Source of the DNA: Lingula anatina
Lineage: Eukaryota > Animalia > Brachiopoda
Direction of reading: 5' to 3'
DNA length: 64,000 nt
NCBI GenBank assembly: GCA_051362555.1
Contig: CM120640.1
Location: 53,050,788 to 53,114,787 of the forward strand
A program made the position numbers and the translations under genes. Below the pieces are notes generated by a model. The model worked only from the letters and a program-made list of their open reading frames with translations. It was not told where the DNA came from and ran no database searches. This document shows, in pieces, positions 36,932 through 49,634 of this stretch (its first letter is position 1; each line of letters opens with the position of its first letter).

Positions 36932-39900
36932 TCAGAGAGTCGCAGATTCTCTGTCCACAGTTCTTGGATTTATCCAAACTGGAACATCAGGAAACAGTTT
37001 TTGACTGTAATGTGACAATGTTGCTTGGATGCGGTAAAAAGTCATAGAAAACATTTGGACACAATTAGAAATTAGAATCGTTATTAATACAAGACTATAA
37101 ATGCGGGTATCTCCACCCCGTAGTGGCAAAAAAATCACCAAATACCACAACACGTTGCATACTATAACAATAAAAAGCGCATTGTTCCTCAGCATTGTCA
37201 ATCCTCTGACTATCTGGTCCTTTCTCAAACCGAGGTTATTTCGTGTACCAAGAACGTTGTCTTGGAGACTCTTCCAGAATGAGAATTCTTCATGTGAAAT
37301 GGGATTTATGAGATCCGCTGTGCAGACAAGAGGTGATGATTCCATATTCACTTTTGTAGAATCTACTAGGCTAATGTTATGGGTGGAATTTTTTACATGC
37401 CAGTCAGAGCTGCAGCACATTTGGATATGTGGGGCTTCATTCTGTAAAAGATGTAACGCAAATTATTAGCATTCTGTTCTCTTTTTTCTCTCACGTGAAC
37501 CAGTCTTGATGCGACTAATTCTTTATACATTAGACCCGCTTGTTTGTCGTCCTTTTAGGGTATACACACTATATCTAAAGTAATTTGTGATTGAAACAGA
37601 AAAATATTAGTTTTATTTTAATTTATGCTGTTAAACATTGTGAAAAGAAAAATAGTGCTTGGGCGTTTTACCCATTCTCAACTTTTCTGTTCATTTATTA
37701 GTCAAAATCTTCATCTTGCGTAAGAAGTTCCATATGCATTTTGCTACGCCCTTTGGAAATAAATCAAATATTGGAATAAATCAAATATAAGTCAATTTAA
37801 AAGTCATTTTGCATTACCATTTCTCTTGTTCCCCAACTAAGGTTGGACATGTTGCAGACGGTATAAATTGGTAGCAGTAAATGTGTCACAGGATACAGCA
37901 CCAGGAACGCTACCATATGACGCACAAGTGGTAATCGATCAGGGTACAGAAAAACGCAGTACAGTGTTTGTAATGAAAGAGCCAGCAACAAGTGACGGTT
38001 GTGAAAACCCATTGTTTCGGCAGAGAGCACTGAAAAACAAAAAGTATATGTCGTCAAAAATATTTACATATTTTGTTTTTTTTAGAAACGATATTGTTCG
38101 TGAATTCATAAGTAACATGTACTAGCAGGGGCATAGGTTGAGAAAAATGTTAGGGGATAGCTGCTTAAGGCCTACAGATCATCCAACCAGGTTAGTTGTG
38201 CGCCCGTGGTACTCATCTGGACGCTGACTGAGGAAAAGGTTAGATTTTGATTGTGAGAAAGGAAAAGCTAATCTGTAACACTTTATATGGATCTTCCCTG
38301 CCCCTGCCCTCACCCCACAGCAGCCTACGGTCCAGCTAATGTTATCTTATGTACAATATATTGCTCCTACGCCGTGTTTTGTAATTAAGTTTAAACATCA
38401 TGATGAGTAGAAAAGTGCGATACCATTATAACGTTATACATATGTAATTTATCTTAAATGCTAAGTGTGTAACTTACGGTGCATGGTGTCATACGCGAGG
38501 TCCACAAACGATCCAAACAGCACTGCTGACATAAGGACCACCATTGCAAGTGACAAAAACCAAGTGAAGAGATCCTGTGTCCGCGGGGATGTAAACAGAC
38601 AAACAATCATGTAAAAAAGACAAAGTCCACCCAAAGAGACGCTGGACGTCTCAAGAGAGATGCCACGGTCACTAAGGCTGGTCACTATCAATATGACTGT
38701 AGAGGCAGGGGTAACCAGACTCATGATAAATGACAGCAACTGGTACAGAAGGAAAAACAGATTAATGTGGCTGTTCTTCTTCATAAGTGTTATATAGTTC
38801 CAAAACATTTGAATGGTATTGGCGTAAGTTGATAAACTCCACCGCCGTCGCTGCTTGAATAGTTCGGTAATGCTCTCTGGACAAAATGTAGAATTACTGC
38901 AGAAATCATTGTAAGCCATCTTCCAGCCTTTGGACATGAGTAGCGTACACATCCAGCGGTCCTCGCCTGTCAACATGAACACAATACTGTATGCGGTTAC
39001 GAACACTACTGATAATACCATCAAAGAAGGAGATATAAGAAAATTTAAAACGTCCAAATAAGAAGTGTAAGTCGAAGATGCAGGATAAGCCATACCAAGA
39101 CCAAACATTTCTGCTCATATTAACCATTAACATCTGCTCACCAAAAACGCATTTTTCACTTTTTTTAACAGCTATAGAAATGAATCAGAATCATGTGCAG
39201 GAACAGAAAGTCTGCTGGTGACCGTTTTCTGTAAAGACAGACACTTTACGTCTTTTTCTGTTTATGTTTTACTAACCAGTATCTTTGGTGTATGCCTCAA
39301 TGGGGGTTTGTACTGGTTCGCCAAATTTGTCAATGATGTTCTTCAAAGCACTTAGTCTGTAGAGACTGAAACAGCCAGGACAGCAAAGAACTGATCCCAG
39401 AGCGTTTTCAGTCGTTTTCACCATCCAGAAATCTGTTGAGAAGAAAAAAGTTTTTTTTAACATATTAGGTTAATATTGCTGTTAAGAACTATTCTCTGAA
39501 GACAGACCTTTTGTAGCAGAAGTTCAATAAGTGCATCACTTTAACATCAGGCATCGGATGGATAAAATTGACAAGGACAACTAGAATCTTAATGCAAGAA
39601 TATCGCATAGTATTACATATAAATATACATATATTCATGTATATTACAAGGACACTTTTCACCTTACGGGATCTTAATCAAATGTGAAATTCATGCACTT
39701 GCGATGAATATGTAGGAAGTTCCCACTAACCGCTTGCATATTCAAACTGTTGGTACGCCACAAGAGGGTTCAAAGTTTGCCCAATAGGATGGGTCCATCC
39801 ACACGCGCCGCCCAGATCACGCTCTTGGTTACACAGCCGCAGTAGAGACAATAAGTCTTCGTCTTTAAACTGCATGTCCGCGTCTGTAGCCAAAATATAT

Positions 39901-41510
39901 GCAGTTTCATTCTGACTGATTTCCTCGTTTTTATTGCTCATCTCTGTTTTCGTTCTTCCGAGGTCTATCTCCACAAATGACTCGCTGAGATCAATCGCAG
40001 AATCATACTGATGTAGTAGAATTTGTGAGCCTGACTCGAAGTCATCACTGCACATGCTGTCCTCGCCACTTCCAAATCCGGCATCATCCTCGGAGGAGTC
40101 ACCTAGTCTATCTGCGTGCTCAGCTTGTGCAGATTCTGCGTTTCGGTAATTGAGAATATAATGCATGTACATCACTTGACTCCATCTTTTTTTAGGTTTG
40201 AAGTTCACGACATCTTTTAAGTGTATGTATAGAGGTATATGCCCATCAATAAGCCATTTTACTTGAACTCCATATGGTGTGCCTTTGGTGTCTGGCGAAC
40301 GAGACAACATCGAAGAAAAACGTTTCTTAATTAATTTCAGCAGCTGTGCTCCGTATGGGGTTAGGTGACTGTCTCTTGAGCCGTCGTCCATGAAAATATG
40401 TGTCTCCAGATTTACATTCTGAAGTTTTTTAGAAATGAAAATGTTTTTCAGGCTCAAAAGATACATGTTAACCTCATTCTTAGATTCGTGAAACATAGTG
40501 GTACAAATGAAAACTGTACTCTTGGAGTCTGCGTGCTGTAAATTCGCTGTTGTTTTGGACGTAACTATATCTGGGTGCTGTTGATTGACATTAATAAACT
40601 GTGTTAGAAAGACGCTGTTAAATGTTGGAGTTTTGAAAATTTGGTAAAGAGGACGCTGCAAAACATTTACCGATTTGGTATATTTAAGCATCTGAACGAG
40701 TGTTATGATCCAAATAACTATGCATATAATGTAAGCTGTTGCATCGTAGGATCCCTTTATGCAGAATTCCTGACCACCAGCAACACACCAGAACGTACAA
40801 TAACTGCCTGATATGATCATTTCTATTATGGAACTCAATTTTAAGATGTGATCTTCCTGAGAGATTTTGGCACAAAGTATGAATACCAGATACGCGGCCA
40901 GTGCACTTGTTAGTTGAACGAACAACAGCGACAGCGTGCTAGAATCGATACCATTATTCCAAAGAGGAGCATCTTTGCTTACTATATTGTACTGTAACAT
41001 AATGACAATTAATTTGAAAAAACTTTGGAAAAAGGATTTTTCCCACTTTGCGGTGTTAGTGTATCCGACATCTGTGTCCGCAGACTTGCTAGGATGTTCA
41101 TGTTGCCATATAATGGCATTTACCAAAATGCCCACCACAAATGCTGCAGTTTGTTGCCATGGCAATGCTACCAATTTAGCAACCGTTGTCAAGACAATGG
41201 CAACGATTATCATTTTAGCTCCAGAGTGGAAATATGAATTTATAGACGAGGTAAGGACGTGGATCAACCTGTTGACGCATCGTACAAACGATAATGCAAT
41301 GTATCTTATTTTATGAACTTTCAGGGTTGGCCTTAGTCTTCGAAATTTGTGATTCTGAGATGCCTTCAGTCCATCTTCACCAACGTTACCAAGTGCGACA
41401 GTTTGAAAAATATTTGGCAACAGTAGGAGAACGTGCGGTGGAAAGTTCGGGAAAATCTCCACTAGGAGTAAGAACTGGACAATAACCTCTGTCCCGGCCA
41501 CAAAGAAACA
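36932..41510 (-). CDS. Chitin synthase (GT2), divergent; exons 39731..41510, 39277..39432, 38478..38966, 37818..38029, 36932..37441; 5' exons unresolved
   Basis: CTTMFHE, IFMDD, HLKD, KKRWSQVMYM, ATDAD, YQQFEYA, VLCCPGCFSLYR, GEDRW, QRRRW, SWGTRE and C-terminal EFSFWKSL / LRNN motifs. Junction phases are consistent. Confidence 0.92.
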
Positions 41511-43626
41511 CTGGAAAAAAAAGCAAATTGTTCATATTGACATAATTCACACTTTTATTATTCAAGGAGTCACGTTGACAAAGTGCTGGTACTGTCGATG
41601 TACATGTAATTCTTCACCTTAATGAACAATTTCTCGCTTTGCTAATTAATATGCATAGTTTACCTTAAATACTTGAAATCCGCTTGGCCATGCATTTTTG
41701 TTCTTGAATTTGCTGACACTTATGTGCCAGAGAGACATTACTAAACAAAAAATTTCAGGAACGCTGAGAAGTAATGCAGTCGCATATGTTCTGAAAAAGG
41801 CAGTATTTGTTCACTTTAGCAGCATTCCATTGTCTTTGACATTTTACGTGTGCAACACCGTAATCCTAGATACCGGTATTTGCTATAAGGTTCATTCAAA
41901 TCTTGTAGCACAGAATGATCTTGCAATTGTTTGTAAAGATAGGACAAAAATGTTTGTTGAAAACGATAGTAATTACTAATATCCTGAATAATCGAATAGA
42001 TATGGAAAAAATGAAAAGCAAAATAGAAACTATATCCGGTTAAAAAATGTAATTGTATTGGAATATGCATGTCCGATGAACATTGTATTTTATAGGTCTT
42101 TATACTGTAGTTTTACCTTTCCACGAAAGAAATTTGGTGAAATCTGCCCGCCAGTAGCCACAGCGTGGACAGCCTGTGGATGGTAAGGCTGGTTACAAGG
42201 AGTGCGGTCAAAATTAGAGCGCAAGTCTAGAAATAGATATAGTTTTCACAGTTATCGCATCCGTCTTTAATGTCTTCTAAGAAATTTTATGCAAACAAAG
42301 CTGGACAACTTTTGCACAGGGATTGATTCATTTCCTTTTTAAAACTTACTCAAGCACACATAAGATATTTCTATTTATTTCGGGAGTTAAAAAGCTGTCT
42401 GTTGATTTATAAAGGAATTCGAATGAATTATTAAGGGTCATAGTTCAAGTGAATGATAAACGATCATTTCTACTATATGTTTAGCCCTCAACGTTGGTTA
42501 CTTCGAGGAAATGTTGAAGAAATTCACTAAAACATTTCCTCTTGTTTGGCAAGACGAATTCAGCGCGTAGCTGAGGATGACAGTTAACGATGTTGATGAA
42601 AGCCGGTGAATATGATGAATGCTGAAGATGGCATTATATGAATACATCAAGGAAAAAGTTGTTAAGATTGTGTGCAGGAAATGCATTCCATCATCAACTG
42701 ATGACAAAAATAAATATTAACGAAATGCCATTCATTATACTAAGTACTACATGTATTTATCACTAGTTCTTCTTGGGGTCACAGTTTCTGACCAAGCCTA
42801 TAAAGGATGGAGGGGATGAGTTCTGAAAGCTACTTTGTCTTAGTTAATAACTTGTGGTTCTCCGTCACCCTGAGATTCAGAGGACACTAGAAAATCACCT
42901 CTCTACTATCAGCATGCCTGGTAGAAGAAAGGTGAGTTTTCAGTGTCCTTGGAAACCCAAGGTTGTCCAGGTGAGAAAGGGAGCAAACAGGTGGGAAAGT
43001 CGGTCAGTCTATTATCTTACCAGAGGCGTACGCATTCCTGCCTGCCTTTGTGTTGAGAACACTTTTGGTGCACCTGTAAGAGAGAGCAACTGAAACATTA
43101 TTGTAAGACTGTAAACGCTTCACTTGTAGTATTATATAATGTTTTAGGGCTTTGCTCTAGGATTCAGGTTATCGCTGTTGTGCCTACTTCAATTACTGCG
43201 TCTAGCGGATTGACTCTATAGGAAATATGAACGAAAGACAAGCACGTCTCATCTTTGCACTGCCATTGATCATGCTTAAACTACAACACTATGCACCTGT
43301 CAGACTTCATATGTCATAAATGCCTTCCAAATTTAATTATAAGTCAGAGAAGAATTTCATCAGCTGTGTTATGTTATAAAAATAAAGTAGTAGTTTTCTT
43401 TTATTCAATAAACAGCTAAATATAGAACTTGTTTGGCTGATGAAGATGCTCAAGACAGACACCGGAATATTACAGAAAAACATTTTCAAATTTTTTTTTT
43501 ATTGAAGGAGGAAGTAATACTTTTTTCTTCCAATTTCAAAATAACACGTGATAAAGATTTTTAAGGAATTGCGTCAGAATGGGCATCTTTATTTTTTTTA
43601 ACAACAAATGAAAATCGTATCCGAAA

Positions 43627-43944
43627 CTAGAAAAGCACTCCGAGAGCGCAGACCTCCGCCAAGACAGCAAAGTCTCCACCCAATGCCGTTTCACCCCTAA
43701 ATTTTCATTCAATAATGATTCAGTTTTTTTATTTTTTATTATTGATTATTGATTGATTATTGATCCTGATTACCACCAAAAAACTTATCATCTGTTCCTT
43801 GGCCCACATCTGACAGTTCCTGGAAATTTCATCAAAATCGGTCCATAACTCTTTCTGTAATGTTGCTAACAGACAGACAGACAGACAGATAGACAGACAG
43901 ACAAACTATCGGAACCAAAAACATAACCTCCTTGGGGGAGGTAA
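43627..43944 (-). mobile_element. Short HINE/Helentron-type non-autonomous element with (GACA)n microsatellite
   Basis: Minus strand: TTACCTCCCCCAAGGAGGT 5' hairpin, (GTCT)n, 3' subTIR CTTGGCGGAGGT, then a hairpin and CTAGT end. Confidence 0.75.
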
Positions 43945-45946
43945 CAAGAAGGCGGGGCTAAATAAAGTTTGGTAAACAGGGTTAAACGTTCAGTGAGGCA
44001 GTCAACTTGATGTGCATATAATGGGTCAATTAAAATGGAAATGGACTCAATGACGTCTACAAACGATGGAAAAACCGCCGGACACCCATCGTGCCTTAAA
44101 TTCCATTTAATATAGATGTCCAGTGACATCATATAGCTATCCCTGGATCTGAAAAAGGCTTGTGAAATATGACACATGTTCTTAATGTATTTATTTCATG
44201 CAATTTCCGCTAAGCTTTGTTTCTTTGTTCATTCCTAGCCATTGTTATCAATCTCGGCTACGCTACACACTTTTGTTTCCTCCTGTTTTTTTTTTTTATT
44301 TTTTTTTTATTTTAATTATTAGGGACCACTCTTTTCAGTACATGCTATTTTTCACGGATATTCTTAACTACTGAAAACCACACAGTTTTGTTGGTATAAC
44401 CACTAACTAGTTAAGTTCAAATTATACATGTATTTTGCACAAAAGGACAATTTGTGAATTCCGGGACACATGGCACAATGAAGGCGTAATACAGTGGGTT
44501 TACTGCTAGTTTCAGACACCTACATACTGAAATAAGGACAAAGAACTGTGAAACAAGTATTCTATTATCACTTAAAGGCTTCACTATGGCTATAAAGCAC
44601 ATTCATGTTAAACGAAGCTTTTTATCTGGAGCGACGATGCCATATAAGTTCATTTTCAGAACGAAATTGTTTGAGTTTCCATCAATTAGTCAAGCATTAA
44701 ATATGCATAAGAGACGACGTCTGATTCAGCATCCTCTCAGAAGTGTTTATTCCCCTATTCTTTACTCAAGGTCACCTGAGTGATAACGTCAATTCCATAC
44801 CCAAATTCTCGATGTACAAAAACTGTCAAAAACTGGTAAAAAAAATCAACCTGGAATATATGACAAAACCCTGGTAGAGGGTGCCGCCTTTCAGCAGTAA
44901 ATACAGTCATATATCTACACTCTTATGACTGAAGAAAATGCCCGTGAAAAATAAAGAAGTTCTTTTTTTAATTAGGACATATTTTCTTCAATTTGATAGT
45001 ACACATTAGTGCTACAAAATATTTCCATAGCGGGAAAAATGACAATATATTTACCTCCTTCTCATTAAATCTTGGTTTAGTTTGTACTGGACGTCTATTT
45101 GTATAATTGCTACTCTCTTTTTATCTAATTTATCATTCTCATCATACACTGTACCTTGACGTTATCGCGTAATACTGCGCCTTAGGGTAACGTTCTCGAC
45201 AAAAAGAAGAAAAATTATCGGTTTGTATGACATCAATTTTACGACTTCTTAACAGTTGTACAGTTTGACACTTTGATAACACCGACGTTGCGGACACGTG
45301 GCCAGAAAATTGATGGTCTTAATGTCATTTACTCGTCTATTTATGTCTCTTCTTCTAATACTAATGCTATGCTGCTATGTTGTCTGAAAAACACCTTTAT
45401 CCACCCACTACAAATGAAAATATTCCGTTTGAATATATGTAACTTTAAAAATTTAGCTTGATAATTGGGGGTTTGCCTCTGGAGAATAAGGTTTTAGCTC
45501 TTGTGATCTATCTCTTGCTTTTTCAGCTTTTTCTTCTTATCACACGTAGATAAATTGAAGCCTGGTACAAAACTTAAAAAGAAAATAAGTGTTAAAATGA
45601 GCATATTTTGAGGTCAAATGCGTTAGCGCGTTTTAATTAAAAATTACAATTGTACGTTTTAGTAGTATTTTGTCTGCTCTGGATCTTCCCTTGGCAGTCC
45701 CTTTTTTTTGTAAATTCAAGTAACGACAGGGTTAGTGAAAAACTTTGTAGCCTACCGAGTTTCTTTTCAAAATAAATAAATGTATAATGTTTCTGTTATG
45801 GAAAGTCATAGGTTTAAATTTTTTATCTGACAAATGCGTTTAGAACCATCAGTTTTCGCGTTTGAAGGGGTAAAACTGACAAATCTTAAAACGGAGAACG
45901 CAGCTAGGATTTGTAGGGTAAAATATAGGCTGTCAAGATCTAGTAC

Positions 45947-48900
45947 TATGGAAGCGTATAAGTGCCACAACACACAACAAAATCACTCAACACACAACAC
46001 AATTTTAACACGACACATTTAACTTCCCGACACAACACCAAAGAAAATCGCAACACAACACATTAACTTCTCGACACAACGGAAATAGATGGCGCTTTCG
46101 GCGCGGACGTCTTGGAAAAGCCGCGAAAACCCACAGAACGATTCTGTAAATGTTTCCTTATTTTCTCAAGGCATTTATAATAATGTGTCACTTTGGGGTC
46201 CCGGAAAAGCGCACTTTTAAAAACATTGTACTACAGAGAAGTTTTAATATCAGATAATTTGTTGTGAATGTTGCATATTCTATGCTGTGTGTTTGTGTGT
46301 GTGCGTGTGTGTGTGTGTGTATTGAGGAGGGGGGGGGGAGGGGATTATTGATGTTGAGAGTATTGAAACCGGAGGATATATTAGCTGGGGACAATCGGTG
46401 CGGATTTGACGGAAAATATAAGTGGAAAATTATGAAATTTTAGAAAATTTTCTTAACTTATAAACAGTAACAGGTTCATTCAAATTATCAGCTGACCTGA
46501 AAAATAGTATACCGTGAATCTAAAACAAAAAAATAAACCCAAAATTACAGAAAATAATAATAATTAATTAAAATTAAAAATAATAAAAATAATCTAAAAA
46601 CTATAGCTAGTGTTCTAATTGTACTCAGACCGACCAATATCATATGTGACAATTTATACATTCAATGCACACCTGTACTTCATTAACTAGCATTTCATAG
46701 TAAATAGTAACACCGAACTTGTAATTTGACACATGAAGCGCTGAAGTTAGTGTCTAGTTTCTAGTTTCCAGTTTCATTTTTCAAAAACGAACCTGTCAAC
46801 CAGAAACTAGTGTCGTTTTTCAAAAACGAACCTGGCAACCAGAAACTAGTTTCGTTTTTCAAAAACGATGCTGAGAAGCCAGAATAATTTTTGCGGAGAG
46901 AAACAGGGGTGAGCAGAGGGAGAGGCAACCAACGGTGTGCGTGTACCGCGACTAGGTAACTCTCACTGTGAAAGCCGGACAGGGCGTTACGGTCTCTCCT
47001 CGCCGTGCGCTGAGACCGAGACGGTCGCCGATCATTGCCTACGGTGCACAAGCAGCTTTCACCGCCGATGCCGGGCAGGGTATTCAGTGAGTTTTGGTTT
47101 TTTTCTCGCCGTGCACTGAAGACTAGATGACCGCCTCTACGAGGCACAGGCCGCCTTTACAGCGAAAACCGTGAAGGGTGTTTTGGTGGGGTTGGGGTTG
47201 GCGGAAGAGAGTGAAGGGGGAAGGGCCCCCAGGTTCTTCCTTTGTAGTTTGAGGTATCATTTTTAATTTTATTGAAAAAGAAAGTTTCTGGCTTTTCAGA
47301 ATCGTTTTTTAAAAAAAGACACCTATTTCATTGACCGCTACCGTCTCGGTCTCAGCGCACGGCGAGAAGAGAACGTATAACACCCTTTCCAACTTCCGCA
47401 GAGAAGGTTACCTGGTCACGGTAGACTTTAATCGCGCGTTGCCTCTACTCTGTCCACTCCTGTTTCTCCCCGTAAAAAAACTATTCTGGCTTCTTAGAAT
47501 CGTTTTTGAAGAACGAAACTAGTTTCTGGTTGCCAGAATCGTTTTTTAAAAAAAACGACACTGCTTTTTGGGCATCTAACCCAACCTAACCCTCAACCCC
47601 GCCTTCTCCCACCAACCTAAACACCCTGCAAGGCTTCCGCAGTGAACACTACTTGTGCACTGTAGACGCTTATCAGAGGGCGTCTCCGTCTCACCACACG
47701 GCGCTGAGAGTTCGTAACACATTGCCCAGCTTCCGAGATGAGAGTTACCTGGTTGCGGTAGCATGCCGGTTGCCTTTCCCTCTGTCCACCCCTTACCTGC
47801 TTTTCTTTGCAAAAACAATTCTGGCTTCTCTCAGAATCGTTTTTGAAAAGCGACACTACTTTCTAGTTGCCAGAATCGTTTTTCGAAAAACGACACTCGT
47901 TTCTGGTTGCCAGAATCGTTTTCGAAAAACGACACTGGTTTCTCGGCATCAGAACCCTTTTCAAAAATGCAATAAAATTAAAAAATTATATTTCAAACTT
48001 CAAAGGGAGTCCCCGGGGGGCCCTTCCCCCTCTTCAACCTCACCCTTATTCCCCCACCCCCACCCCCACTTCCCGGCTTCCGCTGTGCAGGCTGACTGTG
48101 ACTGGTACAGACGGTCAACTCGGCCTTCCAGCGCGGCAAGGAAAGACCGTAACACCGTAAACACCCTAGCAAGCTTCTGCGATGAGGGTTGCCCGTACCC
48201 CGTAGGCAATAATCGGCGACCGTCTCGGTCTCAGCGCACGTCGAAGAGATACCGTAAGAACATGCCCGGCTTTCGCGATGAGGGTAATTACCTAGTCGCG
48301 GTATACTTGCTGCTGCTTGCTTCTCCCTCCGTCCACCCCTGTTTCTCTCCGCAAATACGATTTTGGCATCTCAGAATCGTTTTTGAAAAACGACACTAGT
48401 TTCTGGCTGCCAGAATCGTTTTTCGAAAAACGACACTGGTCTCTGGGCATCAGAAATGTTTTTGAAAAATTCAATAAAATTAAATATTATACTTCACTAG
48501 GTTCAAACTACCTAGTGAGATCCCGGGGAGTGGTGGGGCTTTTCCCCCTCCCCCCCCCCCTCTAACCCCACCTAAACAATAGTTCAGCGGTGATTGCTAC
48601 CTGTACGCCGTAGGAGATAACCGACTACCGTCTCGGTCTCAGCGCACGGTGAGGAGAGGCTTCTACGGTGAGGGTTTAACTGGTCGCGGTAGAAAATAAT
48701 ATTCACAGGTTGCCTCTCACTTCCTCCGCCACTGTTTCTCTTTGCAAGAACGATTTTGGCTTCTCAGAATCTTTTTAGAAAAACGACACTAGTTTCTGGC
48801 TGCCAGAATCGTTTTTCGAAAAACGACTTTTTGAAAAACGAAACTTCAGCGCTCTATTTGACACTGCATACACTATTTGACATTTCCAAATTAAACTGAA

Positions 48901-49256
48901 TAAAACAAAACTTGTTCCTGTGCTCACATGAATTGAAATTCCAATATTGTAACAGCCAGATAGACTACATGTTATTTTTAACAGTATGTGATGTTTTTAT
49001 GCTATTATCAATATATTAATTATATAGAACAGCCCTTGAGATTACATGCTTACAAGCATAAAGAGCAAAATTGCAAGTGTTAGAATACATTTACTGTACT
49101 AAATAATTTAGATAAGATACATTGCATTGATTATCAAATGTTTATGTTGCATTTACAATATTAGAATTTCAATTTATGTGAGCACAGGAACAAGTAACGA
49201 TATATCCCCCGGCTTCAATACTCTCAACATCAATACCCCCCCCCCCGCCCTTCAAT

Positions 49257-49288
<32 letters not shown>

Positions 49289-49634
49289 GCACACTGCATA
49301 GAATATGCAACATTCACAACAGATTATCTTATATTAAAACTTCTCTGTAATACAATGTTTTCAAAAGTGCGCTTTTCCTGGACCCAAAAGTGACACATTA
49401 TTATAAATGCCTTGAGAAAATAAGGAAACAATCACAGAATCGTTCTGTGGGTTTACGCGGCTTTTCCAAGACGTCCGCGCCGAAAGCGCCATCTATTTCC
49501 GTTGTGTCGAGAAGTTAATGTGTTGTGTTGCGATTTTCTTTGGTGTTGTGTCGAAAAGTTAAATGTGTCGTGTTGAAATTGTGTTGTGTGTTGAGTGATT
49601 TTGTTGTGTGTTGTGGCACTTATACGCTTCCATA
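45947..49634. mobile_element. 3.7-kb non-autonomous DNA transposon with ~435-bp TIRs, TAT...ATA termini and 6-bp TSD TAGTAC (IS3EU-like)
   Basis: TATGGAAGCGTATAAGTGCCACAACAC from 45947 is inverted at ...GTGGCACTTATACGCTTCCATA ending 49634. TAGTAC at 45941-45946 and 49635-49640. TAY..RTA ends with a 6-bp TSD are described for IS3EU. No transposase ORF. Confidence 0.8.
46737..48853. repeat. Internal modular repeats: ~39-bp units (GAATCGTTTTTGAAAAACGACACTAGTTTCTGGTTGCCA) alternating with GC-rich modules (CCGTCTCGGTCTCAGCGCACGG), in both orientations
   Basis: Forward modules near 47341, 47682, 48220, 48628 and a reverse one near 47003. Unit clusters near 46775-46870 (reverse), 47497, 47832-47945, 48372-48440, 48767-48840. 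Confidence 0.85.

Noticed and set aside
37672-37752. Possible extra chitin synthase exon
   Set aside because: There are stops in all three frames, and the flanking exons join directly in phase 0 (TREM|NEAPH).
38967-39108. Hydrophobic N-terminal part of ORF 38461..39108 as coding sequence
   Set aside because: The splice model joins KDT-G-EDRW using the acceptor at 38967-38968, so the upstream part is an open intron frame.
42780-43150. Possible solo LTR or structured RNA (TATA-like CCTATAAAGG; AGGACACT..AGTGTCCT hairpin)
   Set aside because: I could not establish TG..CA ends, a TSD or an RNA-family motif.
46761-48565. ORFs of 128-248 aa inside the large TIR element
   Set aside because: The translations simply mirror the DNA repeats (RIVFEKRH etc.) and show no transposase or other domain motifs.
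46775-48840. Palindromic ~39-bp repeats separated by longer segments, superficially CRISPR-like
   Set aside because: The units are directly tandem or separated by mutually homologous modules, occur in both orientations, and lie inside a TIR element.
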